A stretch of DNA of 63,950 bases, filler included, from Reticulomyxa filosa (lineage: Eukaryota > Protista > Foraminifera): the NCBI GenBank assembly GCA_000512085.1. It is 16 parts of 16 records of this genome, joined end to end, with 100 filler letters (N's around TTAATTAATTAA, not from the genome) between each part and the next. Parts side by side here need not be neighbours in the genome. Positions count along the whole stretch, not along the records: positions 1 to 5,071 come from ASPP01005124.1; positions 5,172 to 11,309 come from ASPP01023836.1; positions 11,410 to 18,239 come from ASPP01006800.1; 13 more parts are not named here. One strand, written 5' to 3'. The notes beneath the pieces are model-generated. The model saw only the letters and a program-made list of their open reading frames with translations, made no database searches and was not told the DNA's origin. This document shows, in pieces, positions 1 to 13,588 of this stretch. The position numbers and the translations under genes are program-made. Every line of letters starts with the position of its first letter. Position 1 is the stretch's first letter.

Positions 1-1067
1 AATTTCCACAAAGGACATGTACCTCATGACTTTCTATACAACTGTGATATCCCTTTGTTGGTGGAACTTCCTCTGCACTATGCGTACGAACTAGATGAAG
101 CCAATTCATTATCGTCCCATTGGCCTCTCCTTATCAAACTAATAAACAAGGGACTATACTAGAGACCAAAGTAGCAATACCACAAATAATGAAACTAATA
201 ACTTCGCCCACTATCATACTCTCGGGACGCATTTTTCCACAAAAACACAAAATGAGGGAGCAGGCACGCTGAGTAGTCTCTTTTTTTTTTTAACACATAT
301 TTTTTCAATTTTTGCCAATAAACACAATATTTAATTACAATATAAATATACACTTATCTACTAATCAACAACCAAAAATCCTAAAATCACAAAACAATTA
401 TTATTGCTATAACAAGTAAAAAAAAAGTTAAGACCTGTAGCAATGCTCACTAACTGCAAGTAAAGTTCACTCAGAAGTTGAAACTATTCTTTCATAAAAA
501 ACTTTAATCCGCTTCTTATTTTGTTTGTGTTCTTTCGTCGTGATCGTTTTATTATTTTATTTTGTGAAAATTTCACTCTACAAAATAACTTTTCGTACTA
601 CACTTAATTTGAACTATAAGCACGATATTTGTGTATTTTCAAAACAATAATTCCACTGTTATGAAAATTTTAAATTTTTGTTTTGTTTTTCAAAAACTTC
701 ACATAACGTATATATTTTTCAAAAAATATTATTGTATTTCTTCAAGAGTTTGAGATAAACATTTTTTTATTGCGCAATTTCGCCCACAGTAATTTGCAAA
801 CAAAAAAAAACACATATTATACACTTTATAAGCATTTTCAATATAGTAAATTTGTTTCATAACTTTTATTGCTGGAAAACCACATAAAGAATGAAAATGA
901 AGAATATCATATTTACATGTAATTTTTTTTAAACAGATTCACGTTTCTCCATTTGTAAAAAAAAAAAGAGTTTTTTTTTGGATAGAATTAAACTAAAACT
1001 TTTTTTTTTGAAATTTCAATTACTCATTATTTATAAAACAAAATAAAAAAGCAAAAAGAACAAGATA

Positions 1068-3085
1068 ATGAAGCAAGCGAATAAAAACTCAAACGACGAA
1101 GTGAAGACTGAAGTAGCTTTGCTTTCCCTTGAACAGTCCTGCTTTAACAAAGATTGGATTTTACGATCCCATCCACAAGAATACATTAAGCATTTTATTT
1201 GTTTGATTTGCAACCAAATTGCAAACAATCCTATGGACATAGAATGCCCACAACACGCAAATATGGATGAGTCATTGATTGCTGGAGAGCATTGTCTAAA
1301 ATTATTTTTTGAAAAACACAACAATTCTTGTCCAATTCAATCACACAGCAACTGTCAATATTCAAGAAGCAATGCTGTGCGAAAATACATTGGTGACTTA
1401 ACAGTAACGTGCATAAGACAATTTGAACAAGAGTTGAAGACATTACATGAAACTGAAAGAGAAGGAGAAACACGTGAAGTAATTAAATGTAATTTTCAAG
1501 GAAAATTAAAAGATTTAAATGCTCATTTAATCAGCGAGTGTCCTTTGAATTTAATTAATTGTTGGTTCAAACCATTTGGCTGTAATTATACATGTTTCAA
1601 TCACAGTTTAAAAGATCATCTGATTACAAATATGAAATTACATTTTGATTTAGTTACTCAATTATTGCAGTCGATGAAACAAGAAATCCAATCGAAAGAA
1701 AAACAGATTATCGAAAAAGATAATCGAATCAAACAAATGGAAAGAGATTTCAAACAAGATTTACTTAAGTACAGGGCAGATATTGAAATGACCAAAAAAG
1801 ATTTTAATGATAAAGAAAAACAAATTTTATCTAATCATCAAAAAACAATCAAATCATTGGAAGAAAAGAATGCTAAATTAACACAAGATTACAAACAATT
1901 ACTTCAAAAATTAGACGATAAACACAAAGAAGAAGAAAAAGAAACAAATAAAAAAGAAATTTATCAGCAATCTACTTTATCGTCATCAGGTACAGCCTTT
2001 GATTTGTTTCGTTCATCATCCAAATTACTTAATACATTCATTGGACATACTGGTTGTGTTTGGAGTATTGATTATTCAACATTTGATAATAGTCAAATCC
2101 TTTGCTCTGGATCAGATGATAAAACAGTTAGTATATGGGATTTAGACACTAACAAACACATTCAATCATTTACTGGACATGCAAGTGATGTGCATTGTGT
2201 GAAATTTTCGCCATATCATCATAATTATAATTGTAATGTCGTTTGCTCTTCATCAAATGATAATACTATTCGTTTTTGGGATATCAAACAAAATCAACAA
2301 TTGCGTTTATTCAATGGACATGCTCAAGGCGTGAATTGCATTGGATTTTCCACATTTAATGGTGGTCAATATATGTGTTCTGGATCAATGACAATACCAT
2401 TCGTTTATGGGATATAGAAGCGTCCGAAACATTACATTTTTCAAAGGACATAAATATGGCATTTTTAGTGTCGATTTTTCACCATTGCAAAGCAACAATA
2501 GCAATAGTTATAAAAGCAATAATATAGGTGTGATTGGCGGTAATGGATATACCTTTTGTTCTGGATCATTTGATAAAACCATTCGTCTATGGGATATTGA
2601 AACAACTAAACAGTTGATTGTATTCCGAGGACACAAATATTGGGTTAAGAGTGTAAAATATGGGTCAAATGAATCAGGGATTATTGGAGGTTCAAATACA
2701 ATATTATCTGGATCAACTGATAAAACTGTTCGTTTGTGGGATATTCGAACTCGTCAACAAACTCAAATATTTAATGGGCATACAAGTTTTGTATGGGTTG
2801 TTGATTATTCACCATTTGTAATAAAGAATAATAATGAAATTATTGGTGGAAATGTGATATGTTCTGGAGGATTGGACAATACAATTCGATTTTGGGATAT
2901 TCGAGCAAATAGGAATGAATTGTATATAATGAAAGGAGATGAGAAAGTAGATAATGGAATTCTTTTGTTTTAAATTTTTATCATTGAAAAAGAAAGGAAA
3001 GAATAATGAACAAAAGACAAATAATGATTCTGCCGTTAATTTATGTTATGGTTTAAGCAGTAACGAAATTCATATTTGGGGATGA
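1068..3085 (+). CDS. Degenerate RING + TRAF-type zinc finger + coiled coil + WD40 repeat protein (TRAF7-like architecture), with three 1-bp frameshifts
   Basis: CLIC...CPQH...EHC...CPI RING-like segment; CNFQG..HL..ECPLNLINCWFKPFGC..DHL TRAF zinc finger; E/K/Q coiled coil; GH...SGSxDxT(I/V)xxWD repeats. Frame breaks at ~2387, ~2437 and ~2965 lie in short A/T runs. Restoring them gives an ORF ending NLCYGLSSNEIHIWG* at 3085, matching the paralog end at 53629-54000. Confidence 0.85.
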
Positions 3086-4722
3086 ATACATATAAATGAA
3101 TTTTTTTTCAATTTATGGCAATCTTGTTAAATGAAAAGACATAATAAAAGTTTGTTTTGAATGAATTTTTTTTGCTTCTATTCTCCAAAATTTTCTTTCA
3201 CAGATAGAGTTTGTTTGACATTTTTGTTGATTTTTGCTTCTAATTAAAAAAGGAGGTTTGTGGTCAATTGATTACTCAAGATAAAAAATCTTTTTATCTA
3301 ATCAAGCATAGCTTTTTGGACAAATCAACTATCAAATATTGAGTGCTGTCTTATCATTTAATTGCTATATGATTAACAATATATAATTTTACTTTTTCAG
3401 TTCAAACTATCACATAATACTCACTCTACCATGTTCCAAATTGATAAACGAATATAATATTTTTTTGGTCAAAAAAAATACAGTTTTTATTATAACATTT
3501 AATTAAGTGAATCACATTCCTTTAATTTACAACTATAAATAACTATTTCAAATTATGTAATATATTATCTTGTCTGTTTTAAACAACTAAGACAAGTATT
3601 GTTTTTGCATTTATTGATATCTTCATTTTTGTAGGATAAGTCCCCATTATATGTGGTAAAACTCAAAAGGATCGTGAAGCTTCCACGAATAACATTTCCT
3701 CTTTCTTAATTTTTTCTTTATTTAAGTAATTTCGTGTTACTGTTCCTACATCTTGAAACAAGTTTTAAGATTTGGTCAAAAATTTTTGGGTCTCCCGGTG
3801 GCAAACTAATAAAATTGGTCCCTTTTTTTCAAAAAAAAAAGGTAGTCAAAAGAAAAAACATTACCCGTCGCTACTTCATTTTATCTAATCAACTGATTCT
3901 TTCTTACCAGTTGTTAATCTATTATTGGCCACACGAATTACCTGTTCCATTGCCAAACTACCAAAGGTAAGGGTGATCGTCAAGACTGGTATTGTGTTAA
4001 TTTAGGTAGTAAAGTTACTCAATCTCCCCAATAAAAAATCACTGAAATCAATTGAGTAAAACGTATTTCAAAGTGATTTATTGATGAACGGTAGTATTGG
4101 GAAGACAGAAATTATTGACAACACAAAAAAAACAAAATAAAGTAGTCCCACTGTATGTCAAAATGATAATGTATTATTCATGTATGGAATATTTTTTCTC
4201 AAAAAATGTTTTTTTAAGGTACAAGAAGCTGTTGATAAATTAAATAGTTGTGAGAATACCAGTTTCTCAGACAAAAAAAAAGGGGACAACAGACAATATT
4301 CTATTTTTACAATTCTTTTGCTTCACTAGTAAAAAAAAATTGTTTTGAATGCAAAATACAGCCTTTTTTTCTCAAAGGCAGGCAAATTAAGTACTTCATT
4401 AGTGAGTGGAAATTTGAAGGAGAAAACGAACGTAAATCCAAATCTTATCTACATAAAACATAACTGCAGCATTTCCCACATTTTTTTAACCTTTTGAAAG
4501 TCTGTTGTTTGGAAGTAACACCATACAAAAACACAATTTTTCAAGAAAAATAATCCCTTTGGGATAGTTATAGAAACGTCTGGAATGTACAAAAAAATCC
4601 AATTTTGACAGCGTTTTCAGTTAAAAAAACCCCTCAAAAGATTCTGAAAAAATTCATCAACAAATTTAAGTCATTTCTTCATCCTAATTTTTTCATAACA
4701 TTCGAATGGAAAAATTCAAATC

Positions 4723-5071
4723 ATGAGTGATGAAACAAGAAGGCAAGAAAATACTGAATGTTTAAGAGTGACCGAAAAAGAATTGACCACAACAAATGAA
4801 AAGCTAAAGCGATGCTACCAATCACAAGACAAGTTGGTTCCATTATTTGATGATCCTGAACAATCCATTGATACTTGTTACATTCGATTGGCTCTTTTGG
4901 CTCAACAAACAATTCCAACAGCAAAAAAATAAAATGAAAAACAATCAAGAAAAGGAAAAAGAAGAAAAGGAAAAAGATGAAGAAAATGAAAAAGATAAAG
5001 ATTACAAAGAAGAAGATGGAGAATGGGCAAATTCATTAGATTATTCATTAATTTATGGAAATCAAACTGAA
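4723..5071 (+). CDS. 5' fragment of probable NACHT-HEAT (NLR-like) family protein, truncated at contig end
   Basis: KLKRCYQSQDKLVPLFDDPEQSIDTCYIRLALL resembles the helix plus 'xxxYIxLxL' segment that precedes NACHT P-loops. One frameshift at ~4908. The P-loop itself is not in the contig. Confidence 0.5.
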
Positions 5072-5171
5072 NNNNNNNNNNNNNNNNNNNNNNNNNNNNN
5101 NNNNNNNNNNNNNNNTTAATTAATTAANNNNNNNNNNNNNNNNNNNNNNNNNNNNNNNNNNNNNNNNNNNN
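5072..5171. other. Artificial contig-joining linker (N44-TTAATTAATTAA-N44); first of 15
   Basis: Identical 100-bp spacers with a stop-in-all-frames core at 5072-5171, 11310-11409, 18240-18339, 19474-19573, 41829-41928, 44309-44408, 45811-45910, 47242-47341, 48753-48852, 53526-53625, 54658-54757, 57672-57771, 58847-58946, 61387-61486 and 62594-62693. Confidence 0.99.
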
Positions 5172-5343
5172 GAATTACAATTATATTATTGTGCACACGC
5201 ACTTGCAACGATTTTATCACAATTGGAAGAAAAATAGTTGGGTAGATGCATTCCAACATCTCATTCGTAGATGTTCTTCGTATTTTTTTTTTTGTATTGT
5301 GATATAACTCAATCTCTGATGAAATTGAAAGGAGAACAATTAG

Positions 5344-6460
5344 GTGATATCTTTCAATATTTGCTTGATCGATTATCCGATGAACAGGAAGAAGATAATT
5401 GTAAAAAATACGCAATTAATTGGAGAATTCTCAATCAAATGGAATGAAAAACAATTGAATGATGCTTCCAATTCTTTAAAAGACACACTCAATGAAGATT
5501 ATTGTGGGATGTATAGAGCAACACTTGAGACAATTACAGTGAAATTGTCTGGGAAACAATTCGACAATGCTTTCAATTATTTAATTTGTGAAGGAAAAGA
5601 TACATACAATCTACCTAAAATGATTGCACAGAGATTAGATGAAAAACAAATGAGTATTGCATGGAACTATTTGATGGATAAGTTAAATGATAAAAATGAA
5701 CATCCAAATATTCGTATCAAATGTATTCAATTACTTAAAAGAATTTCAGAAAAAATGTAATGAACAGCAATTAAATGAAGCTTTTTACTCTTCAATGGGT
5801 ATATTCACTGACAAAAATAATAATACAGATATGTGTGGAAAATGTGCAAAATTGCTTGGGATAATTGCAGTGAATCGAAATGGAAAACATTTCAATGATG
5901 CATTTAAATGTTTCACAAATGGATTAAAAGATAGCAATTTGATGGTTCGAGCCTTATGTGTACAATCACTTGTAACACTTTCAAAGAAATGGAATGAAAA
6001 TCATTTAATATTATTTTTCAATGTTTGATTGATGGGTTTGAAAATATTGGATATGATTGTAATACATTCGGAGATTTACTTGAAGGAATTGCAATGAAGT
6101 TAAATGAAACACAAATCGACTCTCTTTTCACATGTTTGATTAATGAACTCAAAGATAACGATCACAGCATTATTCAGCCTTTATTAAGTTGCTTATTTCA
6201 AATCAAATGGTTTAGATATTGATAACAACAAAAAATGGTTGAAGAAATGCATTGCTAATGCAATAATACTGAAAGATAGTGATAGTCATAAGAGTATGAT
6301 GCACTTGTATTGTAGTGGTAATAACAATCTCCCTCGTGAAGGAATTGTATTATCAGTTGTGAAAGTTGGACATTATCATTCAATTCAAATGGATGCACAA
6401 AATTGTTATTTGAGAAGTTATAATGTTGAATATCGAATTCGTCTAGGTAATGTAATTTAG
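5344..6460 (+). pseudogene. HEAT/ARM-like repeat C-terminal region of the NACHT-HEAT family, frameshifted
   Basis: Repeats of type 'KxNEKQLxxAFxCLxxGLKD...VRxxCxxxLxxxSxKW' split over ORFs 5344-5760, 5687-6028, 6025-6222 and 6239-6460. Same repeat style as 47342-48752. Confidence 0.65.
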
Positions 6461-7479
6461 AGACCAAGAATACAAGAGTTTTGTGTTCAAAAAAAGAAAT
6501 TACAATGCAATGTTCAAAGAAGACACAAATGAAAAATGGAAATAAATGTGTCTCTGGTTGTCTTGCGTTTTTCTTTGTCTTTTTTTTTTTTCTTTCACTC
6601 TTGAAACTTCAGCAAGAAGATCTTTTTCCCCTTTCTGGTTGCTCAGCATTAATTTTTGTTCGAATGTTGAAAAGATTAGGAGATCTTGTTTAAAGTTTTT
6701 TAGCATATTTTTTTAGAACCTTTTTTTTGTGAAAGTAAAAACGCTGTCAAACTGAATGTTTTACAATTACTGATTTTCTTTTTCTAGTGCTTAAGAAAAC
6801 ATTGTTAACGCACATGATTTAACAAGTGTTGAAAAAGGCGACGAGTAATCACAAACAGAAACTAATAAAGAAGAGTGAACAGACTTAGATGTGGATATTT
6901 TATTTGTTATCAGAAAATTATGAACCGTTAGTCCAATAGTTTTATATGTAATAATACAAAACAGATTAAATAATCTCCAAAATGCAAAGACAAGAAAATA
7001 AGGAAAGTTTTGATAAAAGTGAAAAAGGAAAAGTTTTAAAAATAAAGATTCTTGGTCCCTTATAATCCATAATCATTGGTAGTGTCAATTTGACGGTAAT
7101 TATTCGAGCTCATAAAACACAATTTGATAGATACCAAATGCAATTTATCAATGAACAAGTATCTCTCTCGTATAATGGCAATATTTTTAGCTCCACATTA
7201 TTGTGATGTTTATATACAAACAAAGGAGTTTTTTGAAATTTCATGACGAATTGTTAAATATTCGACTATTTGTTAGTCGTACAGTAAGAGAAATAAATCA
7301 ATACTTTGTAAATGAACTACTTGACAAACTACAAAGAGAACATGCGTTGCTTCTTTTTTTTGGAACTAAGACATTATTGTTACACTTCTCTTTCGCTAAC
7401 CTTCACTTTTTGAAAATGCTTAAAGATTTAGTGGGAAAAAAAAAACAATTTGTATTAGTGCAAAGTTTTAATATTTTTT

Positions 7480-10400
7480 TGCATCAAGACGATAAAGACA
7501 AACACAGTGAGGAGCCATCAGATGGTCGATACACATAACTCAAGTCATTGACACCAATTTTTCCAACGATCGGTAATTTGTCAGTATGTTTGGTATTTTG
7601 TTTTTGGACGTTTCGGGATTTACTTCTGTTTCTTCCAAGACAATGTAACGGCAGTCCAAACTCGAGCACACGCGCTTTATCTGCTTGTCCAATTCAATGA
7701 TATCAGATCTACAACGCATTTTTTGTATTTTTTGAAACAAGCATACGAGACCCATACAAGGTGATAAAGGCATCGTTGACCAGTACCACAATTCTTTTGT
7801 AATCTGTCATTTTTGTATTTGACGGTAAGTTCCAGACAATTATTGGCAATATATCTTTGAAATTGATTCCATTCTTGAACAAGCTTGTCATTATTCTAGC
7901 TTTGTTTTTGCTTGTTTTGTTATCAATATCTGTACGTTTTCATATTTACTGGGCAAAATGGCACATCTCTTCAAAGCAATACCACAAATTCTGAAGCCAA
8001 GCATTCGCCAAAAAAAGCGCAAAATTTACACAACATGGGCTGTCTCATTGCCGTCCAACATTTATATTTGGTCAATATATATATGCCAATAGCACTCCAA
8101 TTGATCCAATTCCAAGCAAAAAATCACAGAACTGACTATAGATTTGTCATTCGATACAAAAGAGTGAATATCTTACCAACTTTATTTGATTTATATTGCA
8201 GTAAAACACTCAATATTCCTTTTCCTTTTCATCGACCCAATTGAAAGGCATAAATACTCACCACCATGACTGGATCGATCATGAAACATTTGCTGTTCCA
8301 AATACTTGTCAATGTTAATGTTGGCCCAAATTTCGTTCGCTCTGCCAATCGTCGCGTTGATCACTCCGTCTTCGGACTTGGATTCCGACTCCATTTCCAA
8401 CTTTGGCTCATACTCGGACGACATAATCCAAAGACTCTTTTTTTTTTTTTTTTTTTAATGCCTTGTTTGTATTGGTGTTTACTTTGCCCTTTGGCAAAGT
8501 CGCGGATAGCATGAGCGAATGCGACCCAACGCTGTTTTGTCTCTGTCCCTGTGGTATCCCCCTCTCCAGTAGCAGAATTTGCACCATGAATAGTGGTAAA
8601 TAACATTTCACGACAATTTGAAATGTGATTTTCAGACAACGTCAAATCGAGTGAAAGCTCCATTGATTGTTTTGAAATTCACTAGTTACAATTACCCCGC
8701 ACAATTCGCTTATTTTAAGTAATTCCACAGACTTTTTGTCCAAAAATTCGTTGAATGAAGGCAATTTGGCGGATAGTTGTTGTATTTGTTGTTTGGAATT
8801 TGTAATTTTCCACCGGGCAATGCTCCCAAATCTGTCAAATACAATCTGTGTCAACAAGCAACTGAAGCAGTTCAAATAAAGGAATTAAAAAAAAAGCAAT
8901 GACAAACATGTCAATAATATCTTGGAAGGTTGACCCTAATCAGACACTTGGCGTGAAGTGTCATGGATAGTATGAAATTGGTCATTTGCAATTCGTTGCG
9001 ACTACACTTGCATCGAAGGGAACGTCTGCTTGCCGAATTCCAATATTTCGCGAACTTGCAAGTTTTCATGTGTTTCTTGTGCTCGCACTTTCAAATCTTT
9101 CATTGCTTGCAAAAAATTAAGCGTCATTAGAATGCTTGTGGTGGCAATAATTGTATTCTCACAACCATATCGTTTGTTTGCTTTGTTTTTATTTTTTTTC
9201 ATTGCTTTTGCTGTTTGACTTATTTACCAATGTATATACGTGCAAACACACAACACACAAACATGTCAGCATTTGTTCATAATCTGATCAAAGATATTAT
9301 CCAATTGAATCGTTGCCAATTTATGTTGTTTGATCTGTGCGCGAGAGTTCTGTCAAGTGTATTCAAATCAATAAAGACAGCCATTTCCTGTCAATCTTAT
9401 TTGACTATCACAACAGTTTTTTTTACATCCAAAAAAACAATCCAGCTATCAATCAAATTGCAGTAATATTTTCCACCAAATTAATACCAAAATCATATCG
9501 ATTGTACCTTGGAAATATTTTTGTGTATCTTTGGTGTGTCAATATCGGAGTTCACACACGGCATAATTATATTAATACACGTAAAAGGAGCAACAAATAT
9601 TTGATCGAATTATGCGCATTGATGAGTTGAAGTGAATCGAGTAGAATCCATACATATCGTTCATAACCACTCAAAGTATTGGTGAAACGTGTTTCTTGTG
9701 TCATTCTCTTTATTCACGTTATCCACTTGCCTATCTCTCAATGACTCATGATTCTTGCACGATTCATTGTCAGTCGTCAAGTCCATATACCACAATACTA
9801 CTAGTTCATATGTTTGCTTCATTATTTTTCCTTTCTTCTTCCCTTAATATCTCTCTTTCTTTTTTCCATTCTCTCCTCTTTCCTTATGACAAACCTACAA
9901 TTAAACGATCCATGCTCACATTGTTTTAGTTAGGATATTTCACAACACTGAAAATATGATAAAAGTAGCATATACCTTCAGATAAAGCTGCTGTTCTTCG
10001 TGTTGATTGGCATTTGTCCTTTTGTATTATTCTTTTGATTGTTCTGGAGTTGGTATGTCTCGAATTCGGGTATGGCAAGATTGCACCCATTATTCACTAC
10101 AGACTTGTTCATTCAATTTGATGATTGATCTTTTTTTCCTTTTTGATTGTGAGATTTGTACATGTGTACTTGGTCTTGTATTGTTCGATATTTCATTGGA
10201 GGCAATGTTCAATTCTTAAGCACGAAATATCGATGACGTTGGCACTTGTTCGATCACGAGTTGTGTTTACATTACCAAATTTCTTTGACATCCGCATGCA
10301 CAAGTCAATTTTTAGACCATGTGGTGGCCCGTTGATTTTTTTTTAGTCCATGTTTGTCCCAGGGAAATCTTGTATGTTGCGCATCATGGAAACAAATCAT

Positions 10401-10680
10401 TGAATTTGAAATTGCTGTACATTGAATCGCATTTATGTACATACAAGTTTTATTCAAACGACGAGGATTTGCATTTATATATACTAAAATATTCCATGTG
10501 TCGGCGCTTGTGGTAAAATTTGAGGCAATAAAACATCGGCTGGATTGACTTATATATAATTGTGATCCATTAGTCGTTTTGCCAATTGATTCATTTCATT
10601 ATTCAATTCTTCCACATCAACTTTAATCCTTCGCCACATCGAACCATTGTCCATATTTTCACACATGAATTCATTGCCAA
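7480..10680 (-). pseudogene. Degenerate copy of a large lineage-specific repeated gene family (function unknown)
   Basis: Chain of short minus-strand ORFs with stops and frameshifts (e.g. ...THQRYTKIFPRYNRYDFGINLVENITAI*LIAGLFF...). Region ~9400-10020 is homologous in reverse complement to 18360-19000. Confidence 0.55.
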
Positions 10681-11644
10681 ACATCATATTCTATAACATT
10701 CAACCACATATTCACATATATATTTTTTTAAACAAACACATAAATAGAAAAACTTACCCCGAGCGGGATATAATCAATTTTCAATTAAAAAACAAAAATA
10801 AAAACAATATTTCAAATATAATTTTTTTTCCTTTATTAATCTTCTTTTCCTTTCTTTATTATTTCTTTTTCATTATTTTTTTCTAAAAATGTCACCTTTT
10901 TTTTTTTTACAATCCTTTTTTCTTTTTTTTCTTTTTTCCATTTTCTTTTATCCCTTTTTTTTTCTTATTACTATCTTTTTTTCCATTTTTTTTTCTTTTA
11001 TTATTCTATTTTCTTCCCCCCTCCCCCATATTCTTTATTTTTCCCTTTTTCTAACACCATTTTCAAGATACTACCTGTACTGCTATTTTTTTATTGCACC
11101 TGACCTATATGCATACAAACAAAGTTACGTGTTATAATCTTTTAAATTGCAGACTAAAAAAAAACTTATACTTATATTTGGAACTACATCCGCATTTATT
11201 TTCTTTTCCTATAAAGGCACTAACAATTCTTTTTTTTTTTTTGAACAAACAAATAAACAAATAAGTATAAATATATTTTTTTCTTTGAAGGAGGAATCCT
11301 ATGAATCACNNNNNNNNNNNNNNNNNNNNNNNNNNNNNNNNNNNNNNNNNNNNTTAATTAATTAANNNNNNNNNNNNNNNNNNNNNNNNNNNNNNNNNNN
11401 NNNNNNNNNAAAAAAAAAAAAAAAAAAAAAAAAAAAAGAAATAGAGTGATAATGAAATTTGCATTACTGGTATCCTGTGGTGTTGTGTGATGTGCTATGA
11501 CAATCCCAATTAGAGTTTTTTTTGTTTGCACTTTTTTCAAAGTTTTTGGAAAAATAAATAAAATTAATAACATTAAAAAAAAAAAAAAAAAAAAAAAGTA
11601 AAAGAAACAAAAAGTAGTACACCTCCAGGAAGAATGCATTTTGT

Positions 11645-13025
11645 TTGTTTTGTCACTTTCAATTTTGCTCGCCTTTTGTATCTGCCTTGCAGTACTATGT
11701 CTTGTCCTTTTTTTTTTTTTCCCCCCTCCTTTCCCTTGTTGAACACCCTTTGTTAAGTGTTGGTTTGATGTGTTGTTCGAAAAGAGGACGAGGTCGTGGA
11801 CGCGGACGCGGAGGAAGTAGTGGACGTGGAGGAGGTAGTGGACGTGGAAGAGGACACGGTGACCAACGTTGGCGGGACAAAGACCGAGGAAATGGCCGAC
11901 CGAACGACAAAGACAACAAACGATTTGAAGGCAAAGACAACAAACGATTTGATGGCAAAGACAACAGACAGCTTGAAAGCAAAGACAACAGACGGTTTGA
12001 AGGCAAAGACATGTTTAATAAACGCAAGTATGATAGACAGGGAGGACAGGACTCGTCCACTCGAATAAAGACGGAGACCGACACCGCACACAACAAAACA
12101 ATGGAATATCAGCTTCGAAATCCGATCAACATTCAACCCCCAAGTCCGCCGCCTCCTGATGTTCTTATCAAAGTTATTTGACATCTCAATATATGTATAT
12201 GTATATACACACATACATATACATAAATGTATATAAAGCTCTTGTGTTATGATATATAATGTCCAAAGCAATGGGAAGAGCGCAAGACAAAACGCACTCG
12301 ATTTCGTGAAACGGAGGACGATGACGATGAAGAAGGAAGGGACAAACACAAACACAAACACAGCTACAATTACAACCACAGACATGCGTCGAGTCCAGCG
12401 GAGCATCAGCTGCCCTCCCCTCCACCGCCTGTGGGAGTTGAACTTACCACTGCTGCAGCAGCGACAACAACAACAACCAACATCATCTGCGAGCAGGCTG
12501 CATCACGACGATAGGGCTAGAGACAAAGACGACAGAAAACAACAAAGGAGAAGAACAGGTCGACATTTACAAACGAGGAGTCGGTCCAATAGCAGACATG
12601 CACAACGAAAAGGAAACAGACGTCATAGACGCGATAACACGAGCAGAAGTAGGAGCGAAAGTAAAAGCAGAAGCAGAAGTAAAAGTAGAAACAAACACAG
12701 AAGTAGAAGCAAACATAGAAGTAGAAGTGGAAATAGAGGTAGGAACAGAAGCGAAACAAAAAGCAAAAGTCGAAGTGGAAGCAGAAGTAAGGACAGAAAA
12801 AAAAGCAGAAATGGCAATAGCAAAAGTAAAAGTAAAAGCAAAAGCAGAACAAGCGTTTCGGATGCATATTCTTCATCAAGATCAAAATCAAAATCTCGCT
12901 CTCCGAATAATAAATCTCGTTCTCGATCGCCTTCGCAGGAAAAAAAAACCAATCCCAAGGATGACAACAAGAAATGGAAACATCAACATCAAAAGCGATC
13001 CAACTCAAGAGGAGATAGCGATTAA
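11645..13025 (+). CDS. RG-rich / RS-domain (SR-like) low-complexity protein, intron-containing, 5' end uncertain
   Basis: RGRGRGG block, KDNKRF(E/D)G repeats, then a long SRSRSKSRS tract ending RSNSRGDSD*. Probable intron near 12172-12290 contains TATG/TATA microsatellite. Confidence 0.55.
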
Positions 13026-13588
13026 TGCAAAGTGCAATCACATGTAAATGTCGCAACAATTGGAGGGAGGTTTTTTTCTTTCCTCCCTTTCCTCTCCTCT
13101 TCCTTCCTGTTTTCGTGGTTGAAACACTAACGCGCCGTTTGCGTCAATATTCCATTTACAAATTTACAAATTGTTTCATTCGAAATCGAAGCAATTTGTC
13201 ATTTTTTTGGTCTACATTTAGAGACAAACTTTATGGACACCATTTTTTTAACACATAAGCTGAAATATCGACGCTTCAACTTGATAAAAAATAACGATCG
13301 TTACAATACACATTTCTCTTCTCAAAGGTGCGAAAAAATACAATTTTGTATCTGCAACATGAAACTTGATCATTTTTTTTTATATTCCAAAAATTTTTCA
13401 TATTAAAAAATCTTCACCAAAAAGACTTATCCCAAGCCCTTTACCAAAACGTGGAACAAATTAAAAACCAAGTTTAATCAGTCTATTTGAAGTTTGTGTG
13501 GTGCTCGCAAAGGGTGGTGTTCTCGTTTGAAACTCCGTCATCAGAATCGTTGGGGTTGTAAATAATAATACCAAAAAAAGACATATAA

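Noticed and set aside
1-165. Possible end of a non-LTR retrotransposon endonuclease (SLSSHWPLLIKL, similar to SDHxP)
   Set aside because: Too short, the catalytic Asp is absent and no reverse transcriptase follows.
2380-2975. Programmed ribosomal frameshifting or RNA editing in the WD40 gene (also at ~4908 and ~5755)
   Set aside because: All breaks lie in short A/T homopolymers. Sequencing error or pseudogenisation is more parsimonious and cannot be told apart without reads.
4604-6751. Shared 14-mer TTTGACAGCGTTTT at 4604-4617 and in reverse at 6738-6751 as a regulatory motif or terminal inverted repeat
   Set aside because: The copies are on different contigs and there are only two in AT-rich DNA, which is insufficient support.
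10647-11365. Phe-rich 'membrane protein' ORFs
   Set aside because: Translations of T-rich non-coding sequence.
11695-13059. Long overlapping and antisense ORFs over low-complexity genes (also 41934-44105 and 54706-55107)
   Set aside because: Shadow frames of repetitive RS/RG/GY coding sequence that lack stop codons by composition.
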